Below are positions 10,780-23,140 of a DNA stretch of 64,000 nucleotides, in pieces. A program made the translations under genes and the position numbers. Each line of letters starts with the position of its first letter. Positions within the stretch are counted from its first letter, which is position 1. The notes beneath the pieces were generated by a model. That model did not search any database. It saw only the letters and a program-made list of their open reading frames with translations, and was not told the origin of the DNA. This DNA comes from Carcharhinus longimanus (taxonomy: Eukaryota): assembly GCA_030264375.1 (NCBI GenBank), contig JASCQW010000166.1:15406512-15470511 (forward strand), given 5' to 3'.

Positions 10780-12520
10780 TATAATAGCAGCATCACTGGA
10801 CAAATAATTCCAGAAGCCTAATGTGGGTTCAAATCCACCAAAACGGCTGGTGGAATTTACGTATGATTCATAAATCTGGAATTTAAAAACTCGTGTAATG
10901 GTGACCGCGTAACCATTGTTGAAGTTGTCAAAACCCATCTGGTTCACTAATGACCTTTCGGGAGTGCAACCATCCTTGCCTTGTTTGATTAATTCATAAA
11001 TGCCTTCTAAATAGCCTAGCAAGCCAATGAGTTGTATCAAACCACTAAAATATCTAACAGGGATGGAACTGGACTGACCTGGCACCAGCCTAGGCACTGG
11101 CTGTGACAACAGTCCACCCAGCCCTGTCAACACTTCAGAGTCCTCCTCACTAATATCTGGGAGAGCTCGCTCTCTCTCAGATTACTCAAGGAACAGCCTC
11201 ATGAAATCATACCTTGCAGGCAATGTTCCAGACACCTCCATCAACATCCAACCATCCATCCATATTAGATCCAACCATCTTGAGCTGTTTCATCAATGAT
11301 CTTCCTTCATTAATGACCACCTTCCATCATGCCAAAAGTGGAGGTGTTCACTGCACAACATTCAGACACTGAAGCAGTCTGCGTTCAAATGCAGCAATAT
11401 TTGGATAACATTTAGCTTGGGCTGATTAGTATTGGCGTCAAGCAATGACCATCACAATCACTAGAGGATCTATTCAACTTGACATTAAATTGTATTAATA
11501 CTGAACTCTGCACTATCAAAACCTAGGTTACCATTGACGAGGAACCTATGAACAATTTAAGAACAGTACACATTGAGAAAATTAGGCCTCTGGCCCCTTT
11601 GAACCTGCTCTATCATTCAAGAAGAACATGGCTGATTTGATTTTAATCTCTACTTGGTATTAGTCCCGGTAACCTCCCTTGTTAACCAGGAATCTATCTA
11701 GCGCAGTCTTAAAGATATTCAAAGACTCTGCCTCCACTGCCTTTTGTGGAAGGGAGTTCTAAAGACTTGCAGCCCTCTGAGAGAATTGTTTTTTTTCCCC
11801 CATCTCTGTCCCAAATCCCTTACTTTTCGACATTGGCCCAAGTTCTAGAATGTCCTACAAGAGGAAATATCCTCTCCATGTGTTCATGAACCTTCAGGAT
11901 CTCAGATGTTTGAATTAGGTTACCTGGACTAGCATGTAAATACTGTGGCTATAAGAGAAGGTCAGAAGCTACAAACAGTTGTTCATCTCCTGACTCCCAA
12001 AGCCTGTCCACTATCTACAAAGCGCAAGTCACGAAAGTGATGAAATGCTCTCCAATTGCCTGGATGGGTGTAACTCCAACAACACTCAAGAAGCTTGACA
12101 CCATCCAGGGAAGAGCAGGCCATGTAGTCACCACCCTATCCACCTTCTTCAATGTTTACTTCTCCACTACTGACACACAATAGCAGCAGTGTGTACCATC
12201 TACAAGATGCACTGCAGGACCAGGGCTCCTTAGGTACGACTTCCAAACTCACGGCCACTACCATCTAGAAGAACAAGGGCAGCATGGGAACACCGCCAAC
12301 AAGTTCTTCCAAGCCACTCGCCATCCTGACTTGGAAATATGTTGCCACTCCTTTGCTGTCGCTGAATTAAAATCCTGGAACTCCTTCCCTAAAATCACTG
12401 TGGATTCATTTACACCACGTACACTGCAGCGGTTTAAGAAGTCAGCTCACCACCATCTATTTCAGATAACTTAGGATGGGCAATATATGCTGGCTGTGCC
12501 CACATCCCATGAACAAAGAA
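10780..12520 (+). mobile_element. Internally deleted LINE (tRNA-like head, APE start, RT end, 3' UTR) containing a nested CR1
   Basis: APE N-terminus remnant VLLTNIW..RLLKEQP..SYLAGNVPDTSINI (11140-11250), RT remnant PTILSCFINDLPS (about 11270), KAQVTKVMKCSPIAWMGVTPTTLKKLDTIQ (12020-12110), then the 3' UTR. Confidence 0.7.
11548..11915 (-). mobile_element. CR1/HER1 3' end nested in the LINE above
   Basis: Typical minus-strand CR1 tail (aggcctctggcccctttgaacctgctc..atggctgat..ttccaaagac-like). The host sequence ggttaccattgac resumes at ctggactagcatgtaaatactgtggct. Confidence 0.7.
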
Positions 12521-12773
12521 GGAAAAGCAAGAAGTAGAGATTTTCTGCCTCTCACCAGGAACACAGTTGGCCTTGCAGCTGGTATTTTTGTTTGCTGGCA
12601 GTTTTTCACAACAGTTGTTATGGTATCGTACCTATTCCTCAGTATAGTTGGAAAAAAAGTATATCCATGGTATAGTTGCAGTGAATAGCTGATAGACATG
12701 GCTTTTCTTTTATTTCCACCTTCACCCAAGTATTTCAGAGCCCAATTTGTCATGATGTGCATAATAATAGTAC

Positions 12774-12921
12774 CCACTGCTCCAGATCCCAAGATTTCCA
12801 TATCTCCAGAGCACCATTTCAATAATGCTGTCCACTGCTCCAGATCCCAAAACTTGGATATCACCAGAGCACCATCTCAATACTGCTATCTACTGCTCCA
12901 GATCCCAAGACTTGGATATCT
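12774..12921. repeat. 58-bp minisatellite, about 2.6 copies
   Basis: The unit ccactgctccagatcccaa... starts at 12774, 12832 and 12890. Confidence 0.9.
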
Positions 12922-13846
12922 TCAGCATCTTGTCGCCTACATATTGCCTGGAACATCTTTCATCTTACCTTTTGTTGGATGCTGGTCTTAAAAAATGTTA
13001 TTTAGTTAGTACTGAAATGTAATAGTCATCCTCCCGGAATTAAGATTTCAGTTAAAATGTGGACACAATCATATACTCAGTTTTGAAGAAACAATCTATT
13101 TGACTTAAAACATTAACTCTGTTCTTCTGTCAACAGATGCGGCCAGAGCTTTTTTTTTCGCTTTCAGAATTCAGAGTTGCTTTTAATCACATATAAACCT
13201 GATATTACACTCCAGTTGCACTTGTTAAAAGATTAATTTCAGCTATCATAAATTCTTGGTTCTGATAATACATTGCAGTAAAATATGCCCGATACACTGT
13301 ATAAAGCCTCAGAATGTCCACTGGTATCTCGGTTTATATGTTCCGTCAAACACAAATCTGTCACACTTCATTACATTGGTAAACCAACCTTAAAAAATGG
13401 AAAAGCAGGCCAGTCATTGACCTGGAACTTGTAAGCATGTTCAATTGTCCTCTGACCTTGGTGGTTTACAAGCAGTTACAGTTATTTGGATTTGTCCATT
13501 TGCATCACTTCAACATAAGGAGACTTGAGCACTGCCCTTAAAGGAGCAAGCCCATGTTAACAGCTGAACCTTACAACTGTCCTGCATACGCTAGATTACA
13601 CGACATCACTTCTGCTGGCATCGTTACCTTGATGTTGATGTGACTTTGCCCCTTCAAGTTCACATGCTATTCCAAGTGATCGAAATCAAATCTTACATCC
13701 GTACATGTTGAGGATACTTAGTTTATTTTGTCTTGTCCTTTTTTTGGTCATCACTTTGCAGAACAACACATGCTACCCATCCACAAAATGGAGATAATAA
13801 TCTCGACAATAACTTGCAATGATGCACATTCCATCTGAGTGACAGC

Positions 13847-13874
<28 letters not shown>
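13847..13874. repeat. (TG)n microsatellite about 50 nt upstream of the exon 4 acceptor
   Basis: Directly visible uninterrupted TG run. Confidence 0.95.
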
Positions 13875-13878
<4 letters not shown>

Positions 13879-13884
13879 GAATAA

Positions 13885-14097
<213 letters not shown>

Positions 14098-14194
14098 TGA
14101 ACAAAATAGTGCTGGAGTTGCTTCAATTCCCTGGGGCACCCCTCATGTTGCTAGTCACTGCACTGAATGGAACCCATCATGAATCTCTTGTAAT

Positions 14195-14530
14195 ATACAT
14201 TGCACCCATTTATAAAGTGCCTTAACATGTTTTGCATGATTTTCTAAAGTGCCTCACATACAATTATTTAACTTGGAGTGAAATGATTGCATTTGGACAC
14301 AGTTGGCAACCACAGTTGCCAACAAAATCCATAAATGACCAATTAACCTGTTTATGTCAGAATTAATTGAGAGTGATGTAGGACAGAACATCACAAGAAT
14401 TTGTGTTTTCCTTTTGATAATTGCATGAGATCTATATTATCCACCTGAATGTGTGGTGAGGATGTCATTTGACAACATTGCTTACAGTGCAGTCCTTCTG
14501 CACTGCACTAAAGTATCAAACCTCTCATGT
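14195..14530 (-). mobile_element. Old DeuSINE-like fragment
   Basis: Degenerate match to 50546-50945 (catttataaagtgcctt..caaagtgc..ccacctga..ctgcactgcactaaagtatca). Confidence 0.45.
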
Positions 14531-14846
14531 GTACCCAACACTCAACAGCTTATCTTGCTGCCCAACGTGTGAATAACACCAACCACTTGCCAATTTTATG
14601 TCATTGCCATCTTTGCTCTGAAAGTTATTTTGCTCATTGTCTATTGTATTCAGAATTACTATTATAGGACACTTTTGAAGGCTTTTTAAAGAAAAGCAAT
14701 CACTCAACTTTCAAAAAGCAAGTGGACTAGTTTTTAGGTTTGAGCTGGGTTTGATCAATGCGTCTGTAAAATGTTGTACTTGATTCACTTGATTCTGAAA
14801 GTCAGTCATGGACACAGCTGCAAACATCTACTGTTGAAACTTGATT

Positions 14847-14918
14847 TGACCAAACAAACTGTTTTGAGTTTGACAAGTGAGTGACCAAACAAACTGTTTT
14901 GAGTTTGACAAGTGAGTG
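14847..14918. repeat. Exact 35-bp tandem duplication
   Basis: tgaccaaacaaactgttttgagtttgacaagtgag occurs twice (14847-14881 and 14882-14916). Confidence 0.95.
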
Positions 14919-16164
14919 GGGTATTGGTTGATATTGGTGTCAATGCCTTCTCAATAATGTTGTATTGGGAAACAGACGATGGGTATTTGGACACAAATGG
15001 CAGATAGATAGGACGCTGTGGAGTGTTGATGCCAGCCAAAGTCAATCAACTCTCTCAGCAAGAAAGAGCTCTCTGACATTGTCTTGACCTCACCAACTGG
15101 TTTGAATCCAGTTAGGCGCTGATGATGTTAGTTGTGACACGGTTTGATTTTAGAATTTAAAGCAAGAAGCATTATGCACCATACAGAGTGTTTGATTATT
15201 TGCTTTTATTTGTACCAATGTATGAAGTACATCTGCCAGCAACACTGTTCAGATCTGGCATCAGCTCATTTATTTGCTTCTTGCTCAGGATATTTGAGAG
15301 TGATCAAAGCAATTCATGCAGTGACCTTTTGGACCAGGAAAAGGCCGTAAACTCAAGCCTACTTATTTTCCCCCCCTATTTTAATTGAATATTACTTGGT
15401 ACCACATTGTACTTAGCCGTTGATGTTTTACAGCAGTTGACTTGGGAGATCTTTAATATTTGGCTGAGCGTTATTGATCACTTTGTTCTGATACTCAGTC
15501 ACTTTTTTATGGTCACATTTGCTATTTTGTGATCCAAGTACTAAGGGCCATTTTCAGTAAGTGTATGCTAACTCGGCTTATTTTATATTGATTATTACAT
15601 CTAACACCTTGCCGTGGGATTTTAAAGGTTGATTTGAGTGGTGCATTAAGATTTTTAGGCCTGGGAAACAAGTTTGAATCCAAGAAATTACTCTTAAGGG
15701 ATTGAAATAGCAGCTGCCTGAAGGTGCTGAGCATAACAGAGGAGGGAAAGGGAAATTTTAGTTTGGAAATCTGGTAAAGTGAGCAAAGCATCAAGGCGTG
15801 GAGCTTTTATTCCTGTTCTAATTATCATTGTTCTTCAGAACAATGGTTTTCCCTGAAAGGAGTAAGCTCGCAGAGGTAGAACAAAATGGTGAATATCTGG
15901 TCCCTGAGAGCACAGAAGCCAGAAATTCAGTCAGGGATTTCAGGTGCTGGCAAAAATAGGAGAGATTAAGCTATGATCTTTTGTTCTCTGTCATCTCTTC
16001 TTTCTAAATAATATACAAATGTATATGAAATAAAAAGATCACCATTAATGATAGTATTAAAACGATATTGAATTTGAGAAATGGTTATGATGATGTGCAG
16101 AATAGTGTTTCTCACTGTAATGTGTATCAGAACTTGCAGGGTCAAATGTGCTTCTCCTTTCTCC

Positions 16165-17300
16165 TCTCGTCTCCTCCTCCTCCTCCTCCAGTCCTTTGGG
16201 ATTGAGGGTGTTTTGCTTCAACTTGGATTTGATGGGCTCTGAAAAGTCAGTGCACTGTTCACAGACTCTGCCACATTCGAGGCAGGTAATATTTGCAGGA
16301 TTGGGCAGTTGAGGTGTTTGGAGCTTTGTGTGCTCCCTCTGACGCAGTGACTTATTCTCTGCACATTCCCGACAAAGTCTCTGCATGTTGGGGGCCTTCC
16401 TGGGTGAAGTGTCTTCATTTTGGCCGTTCGCGAGCTAGAGCCTGCTAAAGGCAGGCAGGGAAGCTTGACCTGTTAGGATACTTTGCTGACATCGCTAAAG
16501 CATTGCCATGGTTCTCCTGGGAGGTTTTCTTCTGAGTGGAGAAATTGCTTCAGGACCAGGGGAGATGATTTTGAATGATTTTTAAGTTAGTAACTCGATA
16601 CTGAGCAAGTTGGCTTGGGAGAGTTGGTCCACCTTTCCTACTACCAGATTTGGAGGACCTTGCGAAGGTGTGGTATTTCTCCAATGTTTTGAGGTGTCTG
16701 TGCAGGAAGTCTAAAGTCACCAAAGCATGGGGGGTGGGGGGGAGTAGGTATTATTGCTGCCTGGAAAACCTTGACGTTATTCTCGGGTTTGAGATCATGG
16801 TCTCAAATACTCCTCCTTGGTCAGCTGAAGGCTGAGTTGGCACATGAGGGAAGATAAATTTTGGATGTGTTTGCCTTTGGCGAGAAGATACTCCCAAACA
16901 TATAGAAAGTGGTCTCCATTTCTTGCAATGTCACTGTTGATCTGAATAATGGGTGGAGGTGTGCTGTGGAGCTGGTTGGAAGAAGACTTTTGTTTTCTTG
17001 GTGTTTAATGAAAGACCCATTTTCTCATGCTTGGAAAAGGAGTTGGCAATGACGTGGAACTCAATTTCTGAGTGAGTGCACACACGATCATCCTCTGCAA
17101 ACTGAATGTACCTCTATTACTGAGGTTGGAGTGTCGGAGACTTTTGCCTCCCTTGCAAAGGATTTCAGATCCTCTTCTCAAAATTAGCATAGTCCCCAGC
17201 CAAGAGCAGTACACAATCACCCTAAATTTCAATGCCAGAGTCTTCAAAATAGTACATGCCCATTTGTAGAACCTCCTCAACCTCTGCTGCACAGCTCAGA
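16165..17300 (-). mobile_element. RTE-clade LINE 3' portion
   Basis: The minus strand ends gaagcaaaacaccctcaatcccaaaggact+(gag)n, an RTE-like tail. Has a CLECGRVC zinc knuckle and ILDFKARVFKIV-like RT remnants. Confidence 0.7.
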
Positions 17301-17744
17301 TGCCACAGTTATCTCCAAGTCACAGAAATGGCTGCAACAACTGTATATTTTACTATTCTCAGTTTCTGGATCTAGCCTTTGTCTTTTTCAGCCGCTCTGA
17401 AGTGTACCACTAGAATCATCATCTGAATTTTGGTGGCTCACTTTTGCATATCTTCAAGCGGTCTGTCTCCAGAAGTTTTGGTTCTCAATCTCAGTTTCAG
17501 CCTTTGTTTCCTTAGAAACTGGAAGGCTCAATTCCCTTTTCAATTAATGTCTGTCTCCAAAACATTTTTGACAAAGCTCTGAAACCGTGGATTCCATCAT
17601 ACTTGCTTAACCCCAGCCTTCACTATGGTAGAGCTTTTGCTAAGGGTCGCAGCTTGTATGTCATTCTGGTACAGGCTGAGGATGGTTTCAAATTTCTGAG
17701 GCCAATATAGAGTCAAAGCTTTTCAGAGATTGAAGAAAGGCCAC

Positions 17745-18200
17745 ATATCCTGACCGGTATCAAGTCCTGTTCATCCAACCCTCTGTGCTCACAACCTGCG
17801 AATTGGTTGCTCGTCTGACAATGCCCCGGGTCCCTCCATCGCTTCACTCCAATTCTGTTGGAAAATTCTTCTCCTCCAAGTCTGTCCTCTTGCGCAGCTA
17901 TCATTGGCTCCATGTCTTCAGTTGCCTTGGCTCTAAGCTCTGGAATTCTCTCCCTAAACCTCTGCCACCTTCCTGACAAGGCTTTTGATTTCTTGTACTA
18001 CTAGATTCTTTTGAGCAGAGATCCAAAGGTGTGTGTGATCAAATTAGTACCTTTACAGCAACTGTGTTTCATTTGATACAGGATTTTTAGTTTTTTCACC
18101 TAAAGCTTCTGACTCTGAAAAGGGCTACAGATCAAATTTTGCTTGATAACACTCCTGGTAAGTGCCTTGAGAAGTATTGTCACACTAAAAGCATGAATTA
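17745..18200 (+). mobile_element. L2 LINE 3' fragment
   Basis: HILTGIKSCSS.. and VFSCLGSKLWNSLPKPL match the L2 ORF2 C-terminal motif LWNSLP. Confidence 0.6.
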
Positions 18201-18750
18201 AAGTTCTTATTTTTAAGAAACAACTGTTTGTATTATGTAATGCCTTTAACGTAGCAGGGTTTTTGAAGGAGGTAGAGATGGATCAAAGTTTTGAAATCAG
18301 AAAAAAGGCTCTCCAGAGTACAGGGCTGTAATTGAAAAGTGAATTTGTTTTTGATTAATAGCTGTGGTGATAGTCAATAAACTAATTCCTTATTCCTTTG
18401 GAATGCTCTGTTCTGTTTATTATTACTGTTTTGAAGTTGTAAAATGGATGTTGGCTAAGACTGCCTGCAAATTTTATGGCTTAGAAGCTGGCAATTTACT
18501 ACTGAATTGTGTGCTTAATCTAAATGAGGTAGCCCTTCAACACAAAATGGGATCTTCTCTCCCTGGCTGCCTTTGGAAGCTTATACATTGTCCAGTGAAA
18601 CTAACTGACATGGGCTGCCTATTAAAACAGAATCTTGAAGCAGAATAAAGGACATTGTGGTGTCTTTGAGTCTCTGGCAGAGACAAGCTATTATTTTCCT
18701 TTGTGCTATTTCATTAATATCACTTGTAAACTCATGAAGACTAATAATGA

Positions 18751-18873
<123 letters not shown>

Positions 18874-19189
18874 TGAAATACAGTTCATTAAATTGTGAAA
18901 GGTAGAATCCAGCACAAGAATCATCTTGCTGTAGATTCCCATTCTTAACCTTGGGAACGTTCTCTGCAGAGCTTCTCAAAGTAATTTTCTGCAAAAACGT
19001 ATTATTCTGAATGTAAACAAATGATTCAGTATTTGAAAACTCTTGAAGTAATGAGGAAGTTAACATTGCAAAGGGTCTTCTGTACCAGTGAAAGGGGCTA
19101 TGATTGTAGGTTGCTGTACAATGCAGTATCTAATTAAACCTTAAAGAGACTTTTCACATTGGTTACAAGAGTAAGCAATTGCAGGTTTT

Positions 19190-19510
19190 AGGATATGAGT
19201 ATGATGGTTTCATAATCCAGAGGCTTGGATGTATCATCTGTGGGCATGAGTTCAAATTCAGTCATGTTGTGATCTGCCTAGCTCATGAATGTTCTTCAGG
19301 GGAAAATATAAACTGCTCTACCTGGTCCAGCCTAGATGTGACTCCAGATGTAAAGCAATTTGGCTGGCTCTTAATATCTCAGAAATGGCCTAACAAGCCA
19401 CTTGGTTGTATTCAAGAAGGTAGATCACTACCTCCCTCTCAAGTGTGATTTGGGGTGGCAGTAAACAGTAATTTTGCCAATAACATCCACATCCCAGAAT
19501 GCTTAAAAAA
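19190..19510 (+). mobile_element. Diverged copy of the tRNA-headed SINE (family of 7838-8145)
   Basis: taatccagaggc..gagttcaaattc head, cctagatgtgactccaga body and ccacatcccagaatg tail. Confidence 0.55.
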
Positions 19511-19889
19511 TGCCATCAAATGGAATACATTGATCAGTGAGAACTACCATGGGAATAACGTAGGTGTCAGAAAGGCTTGGACGAGCTGGATCCAAATGAA
19601 CTTTTCAGAATTAAATCACCAGGGGGCTTATTGAGGTCAAGGAAAGAAAATGGGATATGCTGGAGAATGTGAAGTTGGTGACATGAAATCAGTGGGTTCC
19701 AAGAAGGAGTTAGGCAGCTTCATGTTAACATGGTATTGAGTGTTATTGGAAATGTTCCCTGGGAATATAGTAGATCAAAACACTTTCCCTGAATGTGTTA
19801 AGCTTATTATGTTGTAGAATCCAGGACAAATATACTCCATTAACCAAAGGAAACCATTAATTCCCTGCAGCATCTAAGTATTGTGTCAG

Positions 19890-20195
19890 CAGTGTAGTAG
19901 AGTATCCAAGATGCACTGCAGCAACTCACCAAGTCTCGCTAAATAGCAGCTTCCAAACCAAAACCTACACGTGGGCAGCAGATGCATGGGAACATCCCAC
20001 CTGCAAATTCCCCTCTAATCCACAAGCAATCCTGTTTAGAATTCTGTTGCCACTCCTTCACTATGGCTGGATGGAAATCCTGTAACTCCCTCCCTATCAG
20101 CAATGTGGGTGTACTTACACGACATAGACTGCAGTGGTTCAAAAAGACAGCTCACAGCACCACCACAAGGGCAATAACATCTCCTGAATGAATGT
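19890..20195 (+). mobile_element. 3' end of the LINE family seen at 1-725
   Basis: caagatgcactgcagcaactcacc..catgggaacatcccacctgcaaattcccctc..aaatcctgtaactccctccc. Confidence 0.65.
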
Positions 20196-20942
20196 GAAAA
20201 ATCATTGCTAATATATATTTCATTAGAGGTCCATGAATAATAGCAACTGGTTGATTTGTGACATCAGGTAATTAGTTAATTCCAGATGTTTATGACATGT
20301 CTTAAACCCATGGATTCAATAATTACTTGATGATCACTCTGTTGTTATTATTCTTTAATTATTTGGCAGCTGCTCTGATAAACCCTCTAAGGGTAAAATT
20401 GTCTGGTGTTGATTATTAATTGGATTGATGTCAGTGACTGAAATGGACAAGTAAAATCGTAAAAGACAAGTGATGGTATACACATTCTCAGATCGTGTGT
20501 CTGCAAAACATTAATTCGACTTGCCATCCTGAGTCAGATGATCAGTGTGAAGCTGAAAGGACCTCCTGGTGTACTACTGCATGCGGGCAGATCCACAGTC
20601 TGTTATTGACATCAGATTGATGGCAGCAGCAAACAAACATCTGTTCAGGTTAAATCTCCTTTTGTCTGACTTGTGGCTAAAGTGGCATTTGATGCACAGG
20701 ATCCACATTTCACAAGAGGTTGAACCCTGAATCATTTTGTTGCTGGGACTTCTATTACCAGATTAGACAGGAAGGAGAAATACTTGAAAGCAAATACTCA
20801 TTGACATGTTGCTCGCGAAGATTACAAGCAGTCTAGTCTTTGCCGCACTTGAGATAGTTCACAGTTTGTATTTTGGTGGACAAGAGAAGACTAGCTTGTA
20901 ATAGGTCAAATATTTAGTCCTTGTTTTTACCTTCCATCACAG

Positions 20943-21075
20943 GCATGTGGGTGTGTCAGATTTGTCGACCACGGAAAAAGGGAAGAAAACTGTTGCACAA
21001 GAAAGCTGTACAGATTAAACGACGTTACGCGACAGCAATAGGGCACTCGAAAAACAGATTAAAGAATAACACAGT
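20943..21075 (+). CDS. KAT6A: KAT6A exon (exon 6 equivalent), end of PHD2 and basic region
   Basis: Acceptor catcacag, donor gtaagt, 133 nt, phase 1 to 2. Translates (G)[43 protein letters not shown](V). Confidence 0.96.
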
Positions 21076-21499
21076 GTAAGTATTTCACAAAATAAATTAT
21101 TGTTTGTCGACTGACCTCTGATATGGTGCCAAGGAAGAATGACATTCAGAGGATGCCAGACACTTTGTCACAATGGGAGTCAGAGTCATGAATAAGGCTG
21201 AATTGAGTGTTCCTTGGAACTGAGATTGCCAACTCTAGTTGGACATTCTCTTGCCGGTTGACATCTACAGCAAAGATATGTACCTCTCCTCATTTGTACC
21301 TGGGATATAAAAAGGCAATATTATAATTAGTACTAACTAAGTGCTAAAAACACTGACTTTTTTTTTGTCTTTTAATCCTGCACCATTGCCTGTGATGTTC
21401 TTGGCCCCCTCCTATTTCTCATTTATATTTGTCCTTCGGTGATGGAGGAAAATACACATGAATTTTCCTATATGCACTAATGGCACTCAGCTCACCATC

Positions 21500-23140
21500 C
21501 CTTCTCAGGCCCCCGGCACTTCCTGTAAATTGTCAGATTGCTTGTTCAACATCATCTATTTATGAGCACAAATTCCCTGTAAATATTGCAAAGACAAAAG
21601 CCATTGTCTTTGGTTTACATCACACACTACATTCCCTTGACATTGACTCAATCCTGCCAGCTGTGCGAGGCTGAACCAGAATTTTCACAAGGTCAATTAT
21701 ATATCTAATCCTCTGAAGAATTTCCTGTCACTTACCTGCACCGTCGCTAACACCACTGATTTCCACCTCTGCAACATTGCAACAGTGAATCTGCCGTTTA
21801 TTGTGGAGTTTATCGTGGAGTTCCCCAGGGTTAGGTGTTATATATTAATGACTCCAAAATTGTGTTGAGGGCAGGAATTAAACATTTGTGAATGATACAA
21901 AATTTTTAAGTATGTGAATTGTTAGAAGGTTAGTGTTCAACTTTAAAAGGACAAAGATTGGTGGAATGGGTGGACAAGTGATAGATGATGTTCAATGCAG
22001 AGAAGTGAGGTGATTCATTTTTGCACGAAGAACATGGGCTGACAATGTAAAGTAAAGGGTACAATTCCAAAGTGAGTGCAGGACCAGAGGGACCTGGGTA
22101 CATGTGCACAAATCATTTAAGATGGCAGGCAGATTGAGAGAGCAGTTAATAAAACTTGCAAGATTCAGAGCTTTATAAATAGGAGCATGGAGTATAAAAG
22201 TAGGCAGGTTATGTTAATCCTGTATAAAACAGTGGTTCAGCATTAACTGGAGTATGAGAAGGTTCTAGGAATAAGGAACTTCAGTGACGTAGATCGCTTG
22301 GAAAAGTTGGTCTGTTCTCCCTGGAGAAGAGAAGATTGAGAGGATATTTGATAGTGGTGTTCAAACTCATGAGGCTTTTGCACAGAGCAGAGAGGTTCCC
22401 ACTGGTGGGAGGATTGCAAACGAGGGCATAGATTTAATAATTGGTAAAATAAGCAGTGGTGACATGAGAAATATTTTTACACTGCAAGTTATTAGGGTCT
22501 AGAATGAGCTGCTTGAGTGTGTAGTGGAGATAGGTTCAGTTGGGGCATTCAAGAGGGAATTGGATTATTCAGTGAAAGGAAAGGATGTGCAATGCTCCAG
22601 GGAAAAGGTGGTTGTGAATTGCTCCTTTAAAGGGCCAGACGCAACAGGCTGAATGGCCTTCTGTGCTGTAGCTATTCTCAGAGTCTGTAAAACTCATGCA
22701 GGCTTTTGTTATCTCTGGACTTAACCATTTCAATGTACCCTGGCGAATAACTTCATTGTTCTCAAAGTAGAGGCCATTCAAAAGTCTGCTGCCTTTGTCT
22801 TAACTGGCATCAAACCTTCCTCAGTCATCACCCTTGCGCTCACTGATGTACTTGAATTCGTGCTGAATTCCTCAATTTTATGAAAAAACACTCTTCCAAT
22901 TCTATCCTCTTGAGCATCTGCAATTTAAATTGCCCCACTGGTGGTTGTGTTTTCAGCTATAAAGATCATAAACGTTGGAATTTAAGATGCTGCCTAAAAC
23001 CCACCTCTTTGACTGAGCTTTTGGTCATTTTGCCTGATATCTCCTTGTACTGGCTTGATATGTAAGCCAGTGTTGAACTTTGTTTGTCATTTGCGACATT
23101 TTATTACGTTAAAGCCACAACATAAATGCAAGTTGTTGAT
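21500..23140 (+). mobile_element. L2 LINE remnant split by a CR1 insertion
   Basis: NIAKTKAIVFG and ttccacctctgcaacattgc on the left; attcaaaagtctgctgcc..atcacccttgcgctcactgat..ataaatgcaagttgttg (L2 tail) on the right. Confidence 0.55.
21815..22690 (+). mobile_element. CR1/HER1 LINE 3' fragment
   Basis: GVPQG remnant, tgttcaatgcagagaagtgaggtgattcatttt, agggacctgggt, ctggagaagagaagattgagaggatatttgata and tail ggctgaatggccttctgtgctgt. Confidence 0.8.

Noticed and set aside
12774-12921. CRISPR-like repeat-spacer array
   Set aside because: The whole 58-bp unit repeats with no unique spacers, the context is a vertebrate intron, and there are no cas genes.
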